Below, one piece after another: positions 1 through 12,403 of a DNA stretch of 64,000 nt. The DNA lies in the NCBI GenBank assembly GCA_003693705.1, contig RBZT01000751.1:62001-126000 (forward strand), written 5' to 3'. Made by a program: the position numbers and the translations under genes. Each line of letters begins with the position of its first letter. The first letter of the stretch is position 1. The notes below the pieces were generated by a model that worked only from the letters and a program-made list of their open reading frames with translations, was not told the origin of the DNA and did not search any database. Source of the DNA: Polymyxa betae A26-41. Taxonomy: Eukaryota; Protista; Endomyxa: Phytomyxea.

Positions 1-298
1 CTCTGTGTCTAAGGCCGATATCACCGAACAGCTCGCTCGTACCTTCAAGGTGAAGGATGTTAAGACGATCTTCGTTTTCGGTTTCAAAATCGCCTTCGGT
101 GGTGGCAAATCGACCGGTTTCGCCCTGATCTACGATTCCCTGGACGATGCTCGTCTGACCGAGCCCAAATACCGCCTGGTCCGCAATGGCATGGCCCAGT
201 CTGTGGAGAAGTCTCGTAAACAGATTAAGGAATTGAAGAACCGACGAAAGAAGGTTCGCGGCACTGAGAAGGCCAAGATCGGAGGTGGTGCCAAATAA
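1..298 (+). CDS. RPS24: 40S ribosomal protein S24 (eS24), 3' part; start lies before the window
   Basis: FVFGFKIAFGGGKSTGFALIYD and EPKYRLVRNG motifs, basic tail ELKNRRKKVRGT; stop at 296-298. Confidence 0.96.
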   Translation, partial: SVSKADITEQLARTFKVKDVKTIFVFGFKIAFGGGKSTGFALIYDSLDDARLTEPKYRLVRNGMAQSVEKSRKQIKELKNRRKKVRGTEKAKIGGGAK

Positions 299-665
299 AC
301 AATACAATACACATTTCTATGTTCATTTCTTAACCGATGGGTCACCTTTCAGTTGATTCGTTTGAATATGTTTGGAAAATCTCTTGGTTTTTCAAATCAT
401 CTCAGACCAGGTTTATATTATCTCTTTTTATGAAGGTTCTATGCCCTGGGAGTTCTTCGGCATTCAGGGTTATCCGGATCTAAAAGTTTCTGGAAGCGCC
501 GAGTGCCTGATTGCTGCTTAGAACATGCCATAGAAAGAAACTTTGTCAGATCAGAAGGTCGCGAGATTCGAGGCCTGTCTTTGTCGATCTCTTTTTCTTA
601 ACTGGAGTCGTGTATCGCTAATCGCACTTAACAGATGGTCGGCTCGTCTGTGGTGATCAGTTCCC

Positions 666-2122
666 ATGAGTAAGGATTACTATGCCATCTTGGGCATCAG
701 CCGCGATGCCACCGACGAACAGATTCGCCATGCCTACCGAAAGATGGCTCTCCGATACCATCCAGGTTGCTGTCGACTGGTCGTTTTTCGGACCGCTCTC
801 TTTTGAGTTCTGATAGACAAGAACCCTGGCGATAAAGAAGCTGCTGGTGCTAAATTTCTCGAAATTGCTGAGGCTTTCGATGTTCTTGGAGATTGTCAGT
901 ACTTCGATTGTTTGCAAGTTTCGCCTGATTAGTCGCCCCAAGTGTCTATTCAAGCTATCAAATTATGCTGTTCAAATTTTCGCTGCTTAGCGTGGCTTTG
1001 TTTGCAAATTTTAGCAACGAGGGCCCTGCTATCAAATAGTCTTACTTTGAATTCTTTTAGTGGAAAAAAAGGAAGTTTACGATCGATTTGGAGCCGAAGG
1101 TCTCGAAGCTGGATTCGACGATGGTCAAGAGCATCAACAGGGCTATCATGGCTTCAGCGGCGACGCTGAGGAATTCTTCGCCCAAGTATCAAATTCTCCT
1201 GTCTATTCGTTTATTGGATTAACAACGTCCTCTAGTTCTTCAACGAAAACGGAGTATTCAACAGACCGCCAAATTTCGATTCAGCTGGAATTCCAATGGC
1301 CAATTCGGGCTATCCTTTCGGTTCTCAGACCAATCCAGGCCTTCCTAAATCCCCTCCCATTCTGGTAATGCTGCGCCTTGTTTTCGAAAATGCTGGAATT
1401 CAACTCGTAATTTTTAGCATGATATCCCGTTGTCGTTGGAGGAATTATTCACGGGGATCGTGAAGAAGATGAAGGTGACCCGGATACGGAAGGGCGTGGA
1501 TGAACCGACAATTCTCGCGATAGACGTCAAGTTAAACTGGCTTTTGCATAATTAGTACAAATTCTTATATACAATTAGGAGAGGATGGAAAGCTGGAACT
1601 CGAATAACGTTTTTCGGTGCGAAAGCCGCCTCTGTTCTGATTGCTTTTCGCATTCTTATTGGATGCATAGAGGAAGGTGACGAGCTACCGAACTTCACTC
1701 CAGCAGATATCATATTCGTGATCCAAGAGAAACCACATCCATTGTTTAAGCGTCTCGATAGCCACCTCTTACACGAAGTGAAAGTTTCCCTTAAACACGT
1801 CCGTTTTGTGTGTGAATGGCTATCTCCTGATAATCTCTCTCAATTAGGCATTGACTGGATTCGCTGTTGAAGTAATAGGCATTGATGCACAGAAACTTCG
1901 TATTCGTGTGAAGCCCCTAATGGTTCGACCAGTCTGCTTGCTGTGAATTCAAACTGAAATTTGTTTTAGTCTTCATCGTATCGGAAAGTGGTGAGCGGCC
2001 ATGGTATGCCGTTTAGTAAGAGGCCCGATGCCAGAGGTGATCTCATCATCACATTTATTGTCGAATTCCCCGCCTCTCTGACAGATTCTCAACGATCGCA
2101 GCTGATTAGCGCTCTTCCTTGA
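666..2122 (+). CDS. DnaJ/Hsp40 class B chaperone, multi-exon
   Basis: [33 protein letters not shown]|DKNP J-domain with HPD split by an intron; G/F-rich region; C-terminal [35 protein letters not shown]. Confidence 0.92.
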
Positions 2123-2226
2123 TCATTGTCTAAAACTAATATAAAAACACCAGATTGGAGCATCTCAGGCTGATCTCGGCAATTAGTTTCTGTGACGAGA
2201 AGATTACGTTTTGGTTCGCGCTGAAG

Positions 2227-3240
2227 ATGGAACCATTTGGGCAATTCCACCATCCTGTCAACTGTTTGTCTCTTGATGCGTCGACCGGGGCATTAACCGT
2301 TGCTCTACAAAGCGGCGAGATTGCAGTTTGCGAAGGGAATCCGCATGGGGTTTAAAACTTCTGGTTTGCTCGTTGCAATTGGACCGATATCGCTTACAGG
2401 AGACCCAACACGACATCCTCATCGATACGGAAGGTTGCCCTACTGGAATCGCATTCGATGCAACCGGGCGATTATTTATCGCTGATATGGGCCACAAAGC
2501 AATCTGTTCGGGTCGTCTTGTTTCAATTGGAATGTTCTGATGGCACAAATAGTGACCTTTGCTGATGGAGAGCACATCACCAATATTGTGGACAATTACG
2601 AAGGCATCCCGTTCTTGGGCCCAAATTCGCTTTGTCACCGTTCCGATGGTGCCATCTTCTTCACTGACTCTGGGCCTCTTGGTAACTCTCGTCCAAATCA
2701 GTTCATGACCACAGCTGAATTCTTTTGAAGGTGTCACAACTTTAGCGAAACCGAATGGATCTCTTTTCGCCATCACTGGTCTGGCACTATTCCCGAATCG
2801 GTGTTTCTCTCAAATGATGTCTAGGATGCGATCGCATTCTCGTCCCTATCCTAAAGGACTGCCTGGCGCATCCTGCAGGCGTCTGCATATCGCCTGATGA
2901 AAAATACGTTTATGTGGCAGAGACATTACGAAATCAGATTCTCCGGCTAGCCAGAAGCCAACATTCATCGAACGTGTTTCATGCGTCTGTTTTCCATCGA
3001 TTCTCGGGAGGATTGGGCCCCGTTAGCCTGTCTGTGGATCCGAATGGGAATCTGTTCGTTGCACATGCCGATCTGCCCGATGGAGGACATTTATCGGTGA
3101 TTTCCCCAGACGGGCACTTGCTCGGGTCGGTCGGTGCCGATCAGATATCAGCTGTTGCTTGCCCAATGGGCAAGGAATGCTTCGTCTATATAGCGGCCGC
3201 AAACAGCACCTATAAAGCCCCGTTGGATCATTTTATGTAA
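2227..3240 (+). CDS. SMP-30/gluconolactonase/strictosidine-synthase-like beta-propeller protein, multi-exon
   Basis: PTGIAFDATGRLFIAD, GPNSLCHRSDGAIFFTDSG, HPAGVCISPDEKYVYVAET and VDPNGNLFVA blade motifs. Confidence 0.8.
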
Positions 3241-3247
3241 TAAATCG

Positions 3248-3874
3248 ATGATCCTCATCATCAGAACAATGACAGCTTTCCCAATGTGTAACAACTGGGC
3301 ACACGCCAAAATGTCTCAAGATGTCATGCCGATTCTGCAGCCCTGCAAAGTACTGCCTCGATTAACCGAACGTCAAATTGCGGATCTGAGGAGAGCCTTT
3401 TCGCAATTCGATCGAAATTCGGTCAGTTCCTGTTCATTGGCAGTCTATGACTATTTAGACGAATTAGAATGGGTATATCACCATTCACGAATTGCAATCC
3501 GCCTTGACTCGTTTGGGCATGGACGACAGTCTAGCTCAATCACGGCGAATGGCCAACTTCGCTCTGTACTGGACTAAAACTGAGCACGGGCCTAACTACC
3601 ATCGTTATGTAAGATTCGAAGAATGGGTCGAAGCGACACACGTGCGATTCGAAAATATGAAGAAAGCCCTGAAAACTGTCGATATACAGCCACCAAGGTG
3701 AAGAAATTTGGAGAAAGTTTCTCAAGTTTACTTGAGTTATCATTTATCTCATTCTAAAACAGGTCACCGATAGAGAGATATCAGGAATCTGGTAGTAAAG
3801 TCGATCCCGGTGGTTTGATTGGAGGCGTGTTTAAAGTCAAAAAAAAACAGTCGGCCTGGAAACTGGCCAAATAA
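3248..3874 (+). CDS. EF-hand (calmodulin-like) protein, 3 exons; start uncertain
   Basis: LRRAFSQFDRNS|NGYITIHELQSALTRLG is a canonical EF-hand split by an intron; second degenerate EF (YVRFEEW). Confidence 0.75.
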
Positions 3875-3880
3875 AACCAT

Positions 3881-4535
3881 TCAGTACTTCTCCCTGATAG
3901 CATTGAACGCTGAGATTAATATAAAGGGCGTCAGAATCGGTTTGGGAAAAGGAGACCCTATAACTGGGTATCGAATACGTTCAGCAGCTAAGTAGGTGAG
4001 ACCACTGGCGATGCCGGCCACTGCACTCGACTGAATGCAGAACCCGAGCTCGTCGTCAGCCAGTGCCTCTGATCGCTGCTGTTGCATCGTCTCGTACAAA
4101 CCGACTTGTACGGCGCTTGCTAGTGCTATAGATGGCGTCCATTGTGCCAATCGGCAGGCCAAACCTGACAAAAAGTTTTAGAAAAAATATTTTACAAAAG
4201 TGACAAAAGGTGGCGCGGCCTGCCAATTGCCTTCAATTATGTTACGGCTCAGCTAAACGTCTGAAAATGGCTCATTGCTCATAATTCATACCTGTTGCTA
4301 ATGCAAGCTCCAAAGGATCGGTTAGGGCGAATCCGCGTTTGAACGCCATCGCAGAGCCGATGTAGACGCCGATTGGTAGCATCGTGGATATTAATCCAGT
4401 CGAGTTGACGACGCGCGATCGAGGGAACAGAGAACGGAATCCGCCGTTCACGATCCCGTATTTCGTCAAGCCGGCGGTCGCGAGACCGAGTCCACCACCC
4501 AGCAACGATTGAAGCAAGGCGGCGCTAGGCGCCAT
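3881..4535 (-). CDS. hypothetical multi-pass membrane protein
   Basis: hydrophobic Gly/Ala-rich ORF segments (MAPSAALLQSLLGGGLGLATAG...) joinable through GT-AG introns. Confidence 0.55.
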
Positions 4536-4745
4536 TACTACCGGACGAACATCGTTTGAAACAGGACGGCGCCGTGTGCGATTCCGGAAAAATACGATTT
4601 GAAGTTTTTTCGGACCGGCCTGCCGTCGCTGGACGTCCAGAGCTGATAACACCTGGCTCGTTAGGCAAAGGTCCATAATAACTGAATGCCTTAGCTATCC
4701 GATCGGAACAAGACGAAATCTGACGATTAATTGCCGCAGATCGAT

Positions 4746-6028
4746 TTATTTAACTGGGCATCCTGGACAATTGTGCAACGATTCGTGAATAAACTGATCG
4801 CAATCCCAGCAGAACAGCCAACGACATCGCTCGCATTCCAGTACGATTGAATCGTTTGGGTTAATCTGTGCCAAACACGCTTGGCATCGAACCGATTCGT
4901 TGGCGAATCGCTCGGTGACGTCCACGAAGGGCGCTAACGGGAACAGATGATGATACGATCGCGCTAGATGTGGTGACGAAACCAGCGTTAGATTGCAAAC
5001 TGAGCATTGTGTTGGCAGCTCGCAGCATCTCGATTTACATCTCGGGCAAAGATACCCTTCGTAAGAAAACCGATTATGGCATTGGCACAAAGTCGGGTAA
5101 TTATACGAGCATTGCATAGGGAAGCCCATATAAACCCAGCGCCTGCGCTTAACAGTCGATCCAGGCACAATCGGGGGCGCTACATGAGCTGAGAATAAAG
5201 CTGATATAGCACCAGGTCCAGCGCTAACACTGTACGACCCGAGCGTCATCTGAGCGAGACGACGACAGACGAACATCTCGGCCGACAGCGTCACGACGCT
5301 GCAGCGAATGTTATCGGCGCGCATGGCGGCGATCGTGGCGTAGACATCGCCTGGATCGCACGATGATAGCGCCGACATGACGACCAGAACTTCACGGTGG
5401 CCATATTCAGGGACGCCATGAAGGCTAGCTCGAGCCATCTCCAGGGAGTTCTGCAGCGAGAATTCGCCCTCTGTATGAATATCAACCTGTGCTTCGAGAA
5501 TTCGAATCTGGCTTAGAGGATTGCCAGAGAGATCCGTTAACAGATGCGCTTTCTTGCCATGCGATGTGATAATGCCCAGATGTGAGATGGGATTCTGGTC
5601 GAAGTAATCGCGAATGAACTTTGTAAGATGCTCGATGATAACGATCTTCCTGGAAGGGCGATAATCGTTGACAGCCATAGCTGACGATAAATCCAGAATG
5701 ATGAATAGAAAACGAATCATGCCCTTCTCGACGAGACGAGCTCGACTAGCAGCCGTCTGTCTCTCATGCAGTTGTCGTCGAAGTTGACGTTGGGTGGCAT
5801 GTCTCGCCAGCTGTAGATGGCCTTCCTCGTCCTCTTGGATATCATCCCAAGATCTCTATCAAGAAATCACCAAGCCGTCTCGCAGACGATGACGCATTCA
5901 AGTACCAAGATAGGCGCCTCCCATGAATGCTGCACCAGATCGGCATCGTCGGCGCCAGCGATACCCTGGCCTTCGGCTTCTTCTATGGCTTTCAGCCAAT
6001 CATCGTTTGCCTCATCTCTGATCGCCAT
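4746..6028 (-). CDS. SSL1: TFIIH p44 subunit (Ssl1/GTF2H2), 2 exons
   Basis: GMIRFLFIILDLSSAM vWA start, YFDQNPISHLGII, SLQNSL, LVSSPHLARSYHHLFPL, C-terminal CWDCDQFIHESLHNCPGC; 5' exon WEAPIL|RSWDDIQED. Confidence 0.96.
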
Positions 6029-6253
6029 TCTATCCGGCTATGGCTAAGTCCGTTGCGGATCTGGACATCTTCCGAAATCGCTTCCAATGATCAACTCAAG
6101 CGAACGATAAGGTGATCAGATGTGGTTGCAATGATTCGGAGAGGCTAGAAGAAAAACTAGATGTGTCGTAAGAAAATAAATGTTTTTCAAGAAAATACAT
6201 ATTGTGCGCAACCTCCGGTCACCATCAATGATCATTTCGTTGTCGTTGTGATC

Positions 6254-7112
6254 ATGGGCGTACAGATTCTGGTGACATGCCTTGATGGTCGATCTCGGTG
6301 TCTTTATTGGGCTGATGCCAACGCCGGCGTTCCCGTATCCCATGTTAAACTGGCGCTGTCAGATTGTATCCCCGTCGAGCTACAGCGACTTCAGTATCGC
6401 TCGGGTCGATATGATCTTGCTGACAGCGATTTGCTATCAGATGGAGCCGAGCTTGTACATGTTTTCGGTCTGCTTGGTGGAAAAGGCGGTTTTGGTAGTC
6501 TGCTGAGAGGTGCCTCGACGAAAGTCGGACAGAAAGCGACTTCCAATTACACGTCATGCCGAGATTTATCTGGGAGGCGTATTCGTCACGTTAATGATGA
6601 CAGAGTATCTACTTACTTAAATATCGATCGAATTAGTTTTAAAATAGTTTTAGGCGCTTGCTAAATGGAAAGAGGACCAAGAGAAGAATGATGCCAGTTC
6701 CAAGACCAATCCTGTTGAGATTCAGAAGCAATACAAGCAGATTAAAAGCGACCAGAAGCGGCGCGATCCTTGCAAATATGGATCGGATTGCAAGTATCAG
6801 TTCAAAGGCTGTCAATACTCTCATCCCAAAGATAACCGGCAAAGGAAGGAACTTACACAAGAGTTCGCAAAGCCTGAGGTAGTCACTAGGAGCTTAAGTT
6901 AGTATGGTTGAACGTTGATTCGTGAATGTCCTCTGAATGGTGTGTTAGAATTCGACTTGCGAGCTTCTATTGAACAAGGATTGCGAAAGAGGAAAGCGTC
7001 AAGTACTTCGTTGTCATCGTCCAAAAAGGCAGCCGTTGACGATACCGATTCTGATTCAGAACCAGAGAGCGCTGTATCACGTCCAAGGCCAGTGGCTGTT
7101 TCCAAAGCATAG
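6254..7112 (+). CDS. SDE2: SDE2 homolog (ubiquitin-like fold + SDE2 domain) with a CCCH zinc finger, 3 exons
   Basis: LLGGKGGFGSLLR cleavage motif and SCRDLSGRRIRHV; exon 2 carries CKYGSDCKYQFKGCQYSH. Confidence 0.88.
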
Positions 7113-7592
7113 AATTCACTCTCAAAACTTATACTACTATCAACTAATGTAATTATACACTTTATTCGAAAACATGCAGATCACAAAGTTCCAGTTGTCT
7201 TCAGAATTAACACATTTCACTTGAAATGTTTTACAAAAGTCTACTATAGGGAAGAATAACTCTATAGAAAAGGTTACCAATGAGCAGTTTAATCTCCGAT
7301 TTCGTGTTGACCAAATTCCATTTTGCAACACAGTGATACATACAGGAAATCCCTCTGGAGAATCGTTTCTTCTTCGCACAAGCACATCAGCGTCCCATTT
7401 CGTAGGTCAGAACAGATACGAGCTCGAGCTTTTTGGAGAAAATGGCTGAAGAAATTATTCGGCATTGACTCCCTCGGGTTAGTTCTGCACCAATCATTAC
7501 CGGTCGATCGGCAGCCTGCCCCCTTTGCTTATGTCATATTCATGCAGTTCGAGATTTGTCTATTTGGACGTAGTTCAATATAGAAGCACACG

Positions 7593-8310
7593 ATGGTGAT
7601 TTTAGAGAAGGAAGTCGAGCGTATGGCTCGTGAGCATTGGGACGACCCGAAATATTCCGGACCTCCTGGCCAGGATGCTTATGAGAGAGCATTGAACGGC
7701 GAACAAGCCAAACATGAATTTTTGCTATCGAATGAAGATCTAATGCACATACAGCACCTGCCGATGCCTATGAAGCATCGAACTGGAGGTTGGTACTTAG
7801 TCATGTTGGTTCTCAAGGTATTCGCTCACAAAATGTCAATAGAGCGATTGTATCTGCCGGAAGATCTCAAAGATTATGCCATCAAGAAGTTTGGCGAGTT
7901 CGATTTCTATATGAGGAAGTCGGAACGAAAACGGCATGAGAAGAGTCTTCAGCGAGAGTTGTTGAAAGAGAGGGTAGCCAGTGCCACGCCCGATATCACA
8001 GGTCGTCGAACCGAACGAAAGATCATGAGACATAAACTGTCGCATGAGAAACACAAAACAATTCATTATGTGGAAGAGAACTATATGCCCGGTATCTAAA
8101 TATTCTCTTGGGATCGTATCTTAGGTTTCTAATAAAACTGAACGAGATTTTTATTTGCCTTGATTTGAAGTACCTTGCTTCTCCGGCCCAAGAACAGGGA
8201 CAGTTCACGTGATGCCCTACTTTGGTATTCGATGATGTATACCATGCTTATCACCGTTTTGCAATAAAATCCTGGGTTATTCATTATTCTGCATAGATCC
8301 TATCAAATGA
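7593..8310 (+). CDS. protein with an XPA C-terminal-like domain; boundaries approximate
   Basis: AKHEFLLSNEDL ... LYLPEDLKDYAIKKFG followed by a basic helix resembles the XPA/ZnT9 pattern. Confidence 0.5.
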
Positions 8311-8469
8311 GTGAATATCATGATGAAACCCAGCAGGCGTTAAAAGCCAAAGTGTTCTGGCGTGGCCTTCTCAATTCGTTTTCATCCCGGCTCTTGCTCT
8401 TGTCTGGCCGGGGCTGGAACTCGAATAGACATCAGAATTTGGTAAATATTCCTGTCAGACTGTGGCATC

Positions 8470-8841
8470 ATGATTCTCGATCGCACAGCAATGGAGTTCA
8501 TGGGCTTCGTTTCCCTTGTTGGCCTATTCAGCCTTATCGGGCTAATGGCTTATAGAGCGATTCAGAGGCGGAATGCTCTAATTGCAATTGAGAAAGGTTG
8601 ACGCACGATTTCAAAGCCTTTTCGCTCAATCTGATGATTTGGAACAACAGAGTATGAGAAGGCTCGAGGGCAACGGGATGAGATCCAATTCCATATTGAT
8701 TGGGCCCTCAGTAATCATGACCAAGAAGGGGCTGCTAAACTGTTGTCGGAGAGAAGCCGGCTTGATCGAAGGCTGGAATCAATTCAACAAAAATATGTCG
8801 CAATGAAGGATGGAGATGTAAAAGCCTCAAAGCAGCATTAA
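8470..8841 (+). CDS. small hypothetical single-pass membrane protein
   Basis: MEFMGFVSLVGLFSLIGLMAY hydrophobic segment and short exon-like pieces; splice structure uncertain. Confidence 0.35.
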
Positions 8842-8948
8842 AATATCGGTCTTTGTTTTCATATTCACTGTATACAAAGGAAGCCATAAGATTTCCAGTC
8901 CTATGCAATCGATCTGGCTGTCTCTGTATTTATAATATATACTAAATC

Positions 8949-11826
8949 TTAAATCAGATGGTTCGTCGACATTCTCGTTTGCTCGGCACGACTTATTTTT
9001 GCCATGGCTTCCTCCTCCAGTTTTTGATGAATGGCCCTATGGCGACAGCAATTAGCTAGATTGTCATTAGAAGAAAAAACAATTGGGCTTACAGAAGTAA
9101 TAACTCTATACGAGCCATGGATCCAGCCGATGTGATCAGTGTATAATTCTGGATAAGAATCGGTGCGAAGCAGATCTTGAGTACTAAAGGAATCAGGACG
9201 GCGCATAATTCTAAGTTGCCGCCGGTGGCAATTAAGAATATCGTCAGGCCGAACATCAATGTGTCGACCAGCACAATGGAGTGCATGATCGTCAACAAAC
9301 CCTCAGCGCCTGGCGAACCCCACCACCGGAAACTGTTTTCGAGATCATCTCCGTTCGCCTGTTCTAGCTTGGAGCCTCCAAATGATGCTATTAATCGATA
9401 GGTATAGAGATGCCTTTTGTGAGCGACTTTCGATTGCTGCAGCTCGCTCTCCGAGGCCTGCCGTATGTGCTCTCTTAATGAGGTCGATCGTCTTCGGTCT
9501 AGTTCACGCTTTCTGGCAATCTCTTCAGCTGGCTTTTTTAAACTTTTCCTGACCGATTGTCTGAAACCGTGATGACCATCCTGATGTGCACTCCCTCTTC
9601 TCGAAGGACTGTCGCTTTTTGAATCCATTATCGAGTGAGGATCGTCAAAGCGATTCGCGCTTGGACTTTCCTCTCTGCGGCTTCCAGAATACGACACCGA
9701 GTTCTCATGGTCTGACGTCACACTCATCCGTCTCTGAAGCCCCTTTTCATTATGTCCAGACGAACGGCTGTGATTGGCAGGATTCGCTGCAGATAGAGAT
9801 AGGCTTAATCGACGTGGACTTGATGCTGGAAGCTGCGGTTGGCTTCCTTGTCGTCCCATTTCGTGGGTCGACGAGTGTGAAGCGATCGGTTGACTGCCAC
9901 GTCTCGGCCCAGAATCGCTGGTCAAAGCTTGCGACGGCAGGGTAACGGGGCCCTGTCCTTCCGCTGCTGATTGCACCGGAAGATGGGCAAGACCGTCATA
10001 GGAGCGTCGGGGAGTCAATCGTTGATCTGGTAGGGACCCCTGCCTTGGAGAATTAGTCGAAAGTGATGGCTGATTAAGTCGCCGGGACGTATTAGTCTCG
10101 GAAGCCAGCCTAGGTCCATTTGCATCCGTTATCAGCGCTTGCTGTATTGGGTTCAGTCTTTTAGATCCGGATCCATCTAGACCCAGATTTGCAGGGTTTT
10201 GGTTGACAAGCGTCGTGCGAGAATCATGTGAAGAATAGGGACTGTGCGGCTGCTCCTTCAATATATCTCCAACCTTTTTCTCTTCGGATTCTGGGGTAGG
10301 TTTGCCGAGATGCCACGGCGTCAGTTTAGCATGATACTGTTTACTCACATTACGGCGGATAACTGAGAGTCTGGCAGCGATGCGTAATGAAACCTTTCGA
10401 AACTGAGCCAATGGATATCCGGCACCTCCAAGTTGAGTCTGAGATTCGTGGAGAGCCAATCCATGTTCTTCAACTGAATTCAGAGAAGCTTTCCTGTTAG
10501 TCATAGGTCCGCTCTGCCTCGTATAAAAATCCTCAGATCTTATCGTAGTGCCTTCGTCTCCAATGGTGTTAGATTCTGGAGCGGTTTGATTTGATTTATA
10601 TTTATGCTTAGTCACCGCTAACTGTGTAAACTAAAGACATCGTTAAACAATCGTGTTTCAATCTTGAGTGCAGCTTACTTTAGCAGCTGCCATTTTCACA
10701 AGGTCTTCTCTTCGTCTTTCTCGTAATGCTTTATGTTGAATCCAAGCATCCACCACATTCTGCGACATCCGTTCACGCTTAGGAGAACTATTTCCTGCCT
10801 TAAACGCCATCATCGTCAGATGCTGAAATGTGTTTGCACTTATGTACTTACTTTGCCCACAAAGTCTTGGTCAGTGTCGATGACTATCTTAGGTGAATCG
10901 GTATCGTGGGCTTGCTGGATCTCGTGCAAGCCGAATCTGTTCACTCTGTCTTGAAAATCATGTAGATTCTTCCTGGTGAATTTACGGCTGTCAATCAGGA
11001 AATCATGGCACATATTCATTATTCGTGAATTGACGTGATAGACATAGAGAAACGATAAAAGTTCCCAGGCAACTGCAGAATAAAACCCGACGTTGGAATT
11101 CAGATCAAGAAAGCGGACGCGAGCCCAGCGTGCCATGACCATAGCCACAACAACAACCCCAGCAGTGAGACGAATTTCTGTTAATTGCAAACACACTTCG
11201 TAAATGGCAAGACGAAGATAGCGGACGTAGGAGAAGTCGCTGGATGATTCCTCAGTATCACTAACGAATTGCATGAAGAATACTTCACGATACATCAGCC
11301 ATGCCAGTTTACGCCTGGCGTACTTAATCTGCAGAGAACGGAACATTACTCTAATTACAGGAAACGCCACGTCCACTGGGATGGATTCCAACATATTGAG
11401 CATATCTGTGACACCTGAATGAATCGTCTGATCATCCCATCTTTTCAACGTGCTGACTACAATTTTTAATGTGCCCATAATCGTAGTACACATGCCCATA
11501 TAGAGCATAATCCCCATTAGAAAAAGGATATGCAAACTGTGAAGCGAATCGTTCAGCTGGTTACCATTCTCAAATCCAATGCCGCTTGAGATATTTGTAA
11601 TAACCGAGCTGGATTCAATCAGAGAAAGAAACATGGAGATCATGGCAGCCACAGAAAGCTCTCGATAGACGTTTTGTAGAAGCTCCATATGTTCAGGACG
11701 CCCTTTCAGTAAGTCTTCTACTTTGGAGCGAAATAACCCAAATATAACTGAAATAACCAACATGATGATGCGAACAACGGCGGCAAGGTCCGGTTCCTGA
11801 ACATCGTCATCGATAGAGAGGGACAT
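8949..11826 (-). CDS. MLO-like multi-pass membrane protein A, at least 4 exons
   Basis: ordered MLO-like motifs ELLQNVYRELSVAAMISMFL, SLHSLHILF, LKRWD, WLMYREVFF, FSYVRYLRLAI, RWWGSPG..LLTIMH, NYTLITSAGSM. Confidence 0.72.
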
Positions 11827-12403
11827 GTCTACCTAGAGCGAATGACGTACACGTTTGCCTGCATAGTAAATGACATAGTGTGCCGGTTTAAATGGGTCAT
11901 TTCCTGCACTATTTCAGGTAGATGCTCAGCACTGCAAAATTTGGCATAAAAGCAATAACGCGACGACGGAAACCAGACAAGGAATCTGCAGTAGATATAT
12001 CCCATGAACACAGTAGTCTGAGTAGTCAGTAGTGTCAGCAATTATAAAATGAAACCAAACGTCTGTAACGAAACTGACACTTGTACACAAGTGCGCAATG
12101 TTTGCAGTTAATAATAAGTGGCGCTGTTTGCTAAAATCAAGGCGCTGTTGCCTGTTTGCTAAATCAGGCTTGATCTCCTGAAAAATTCAAAAAATTCTGT
12201 CATGGCTTCACAACTGCACCTTAGCGACTTGTCCGCGATTCAGAACTTTGCCGAATTTCGATAGCGCTAATCAAGATTCAAGAAGGCAAAACGACGAAGT
12301 TCGAAATCAAATTTGGTGTTGACGACTCCGTTTAAATTTGTGCATCATTTGGGTACGATTGGTACGCCGCCCTTAGAGGTTTTCATTCTGACAGTACACG
12401 ATC

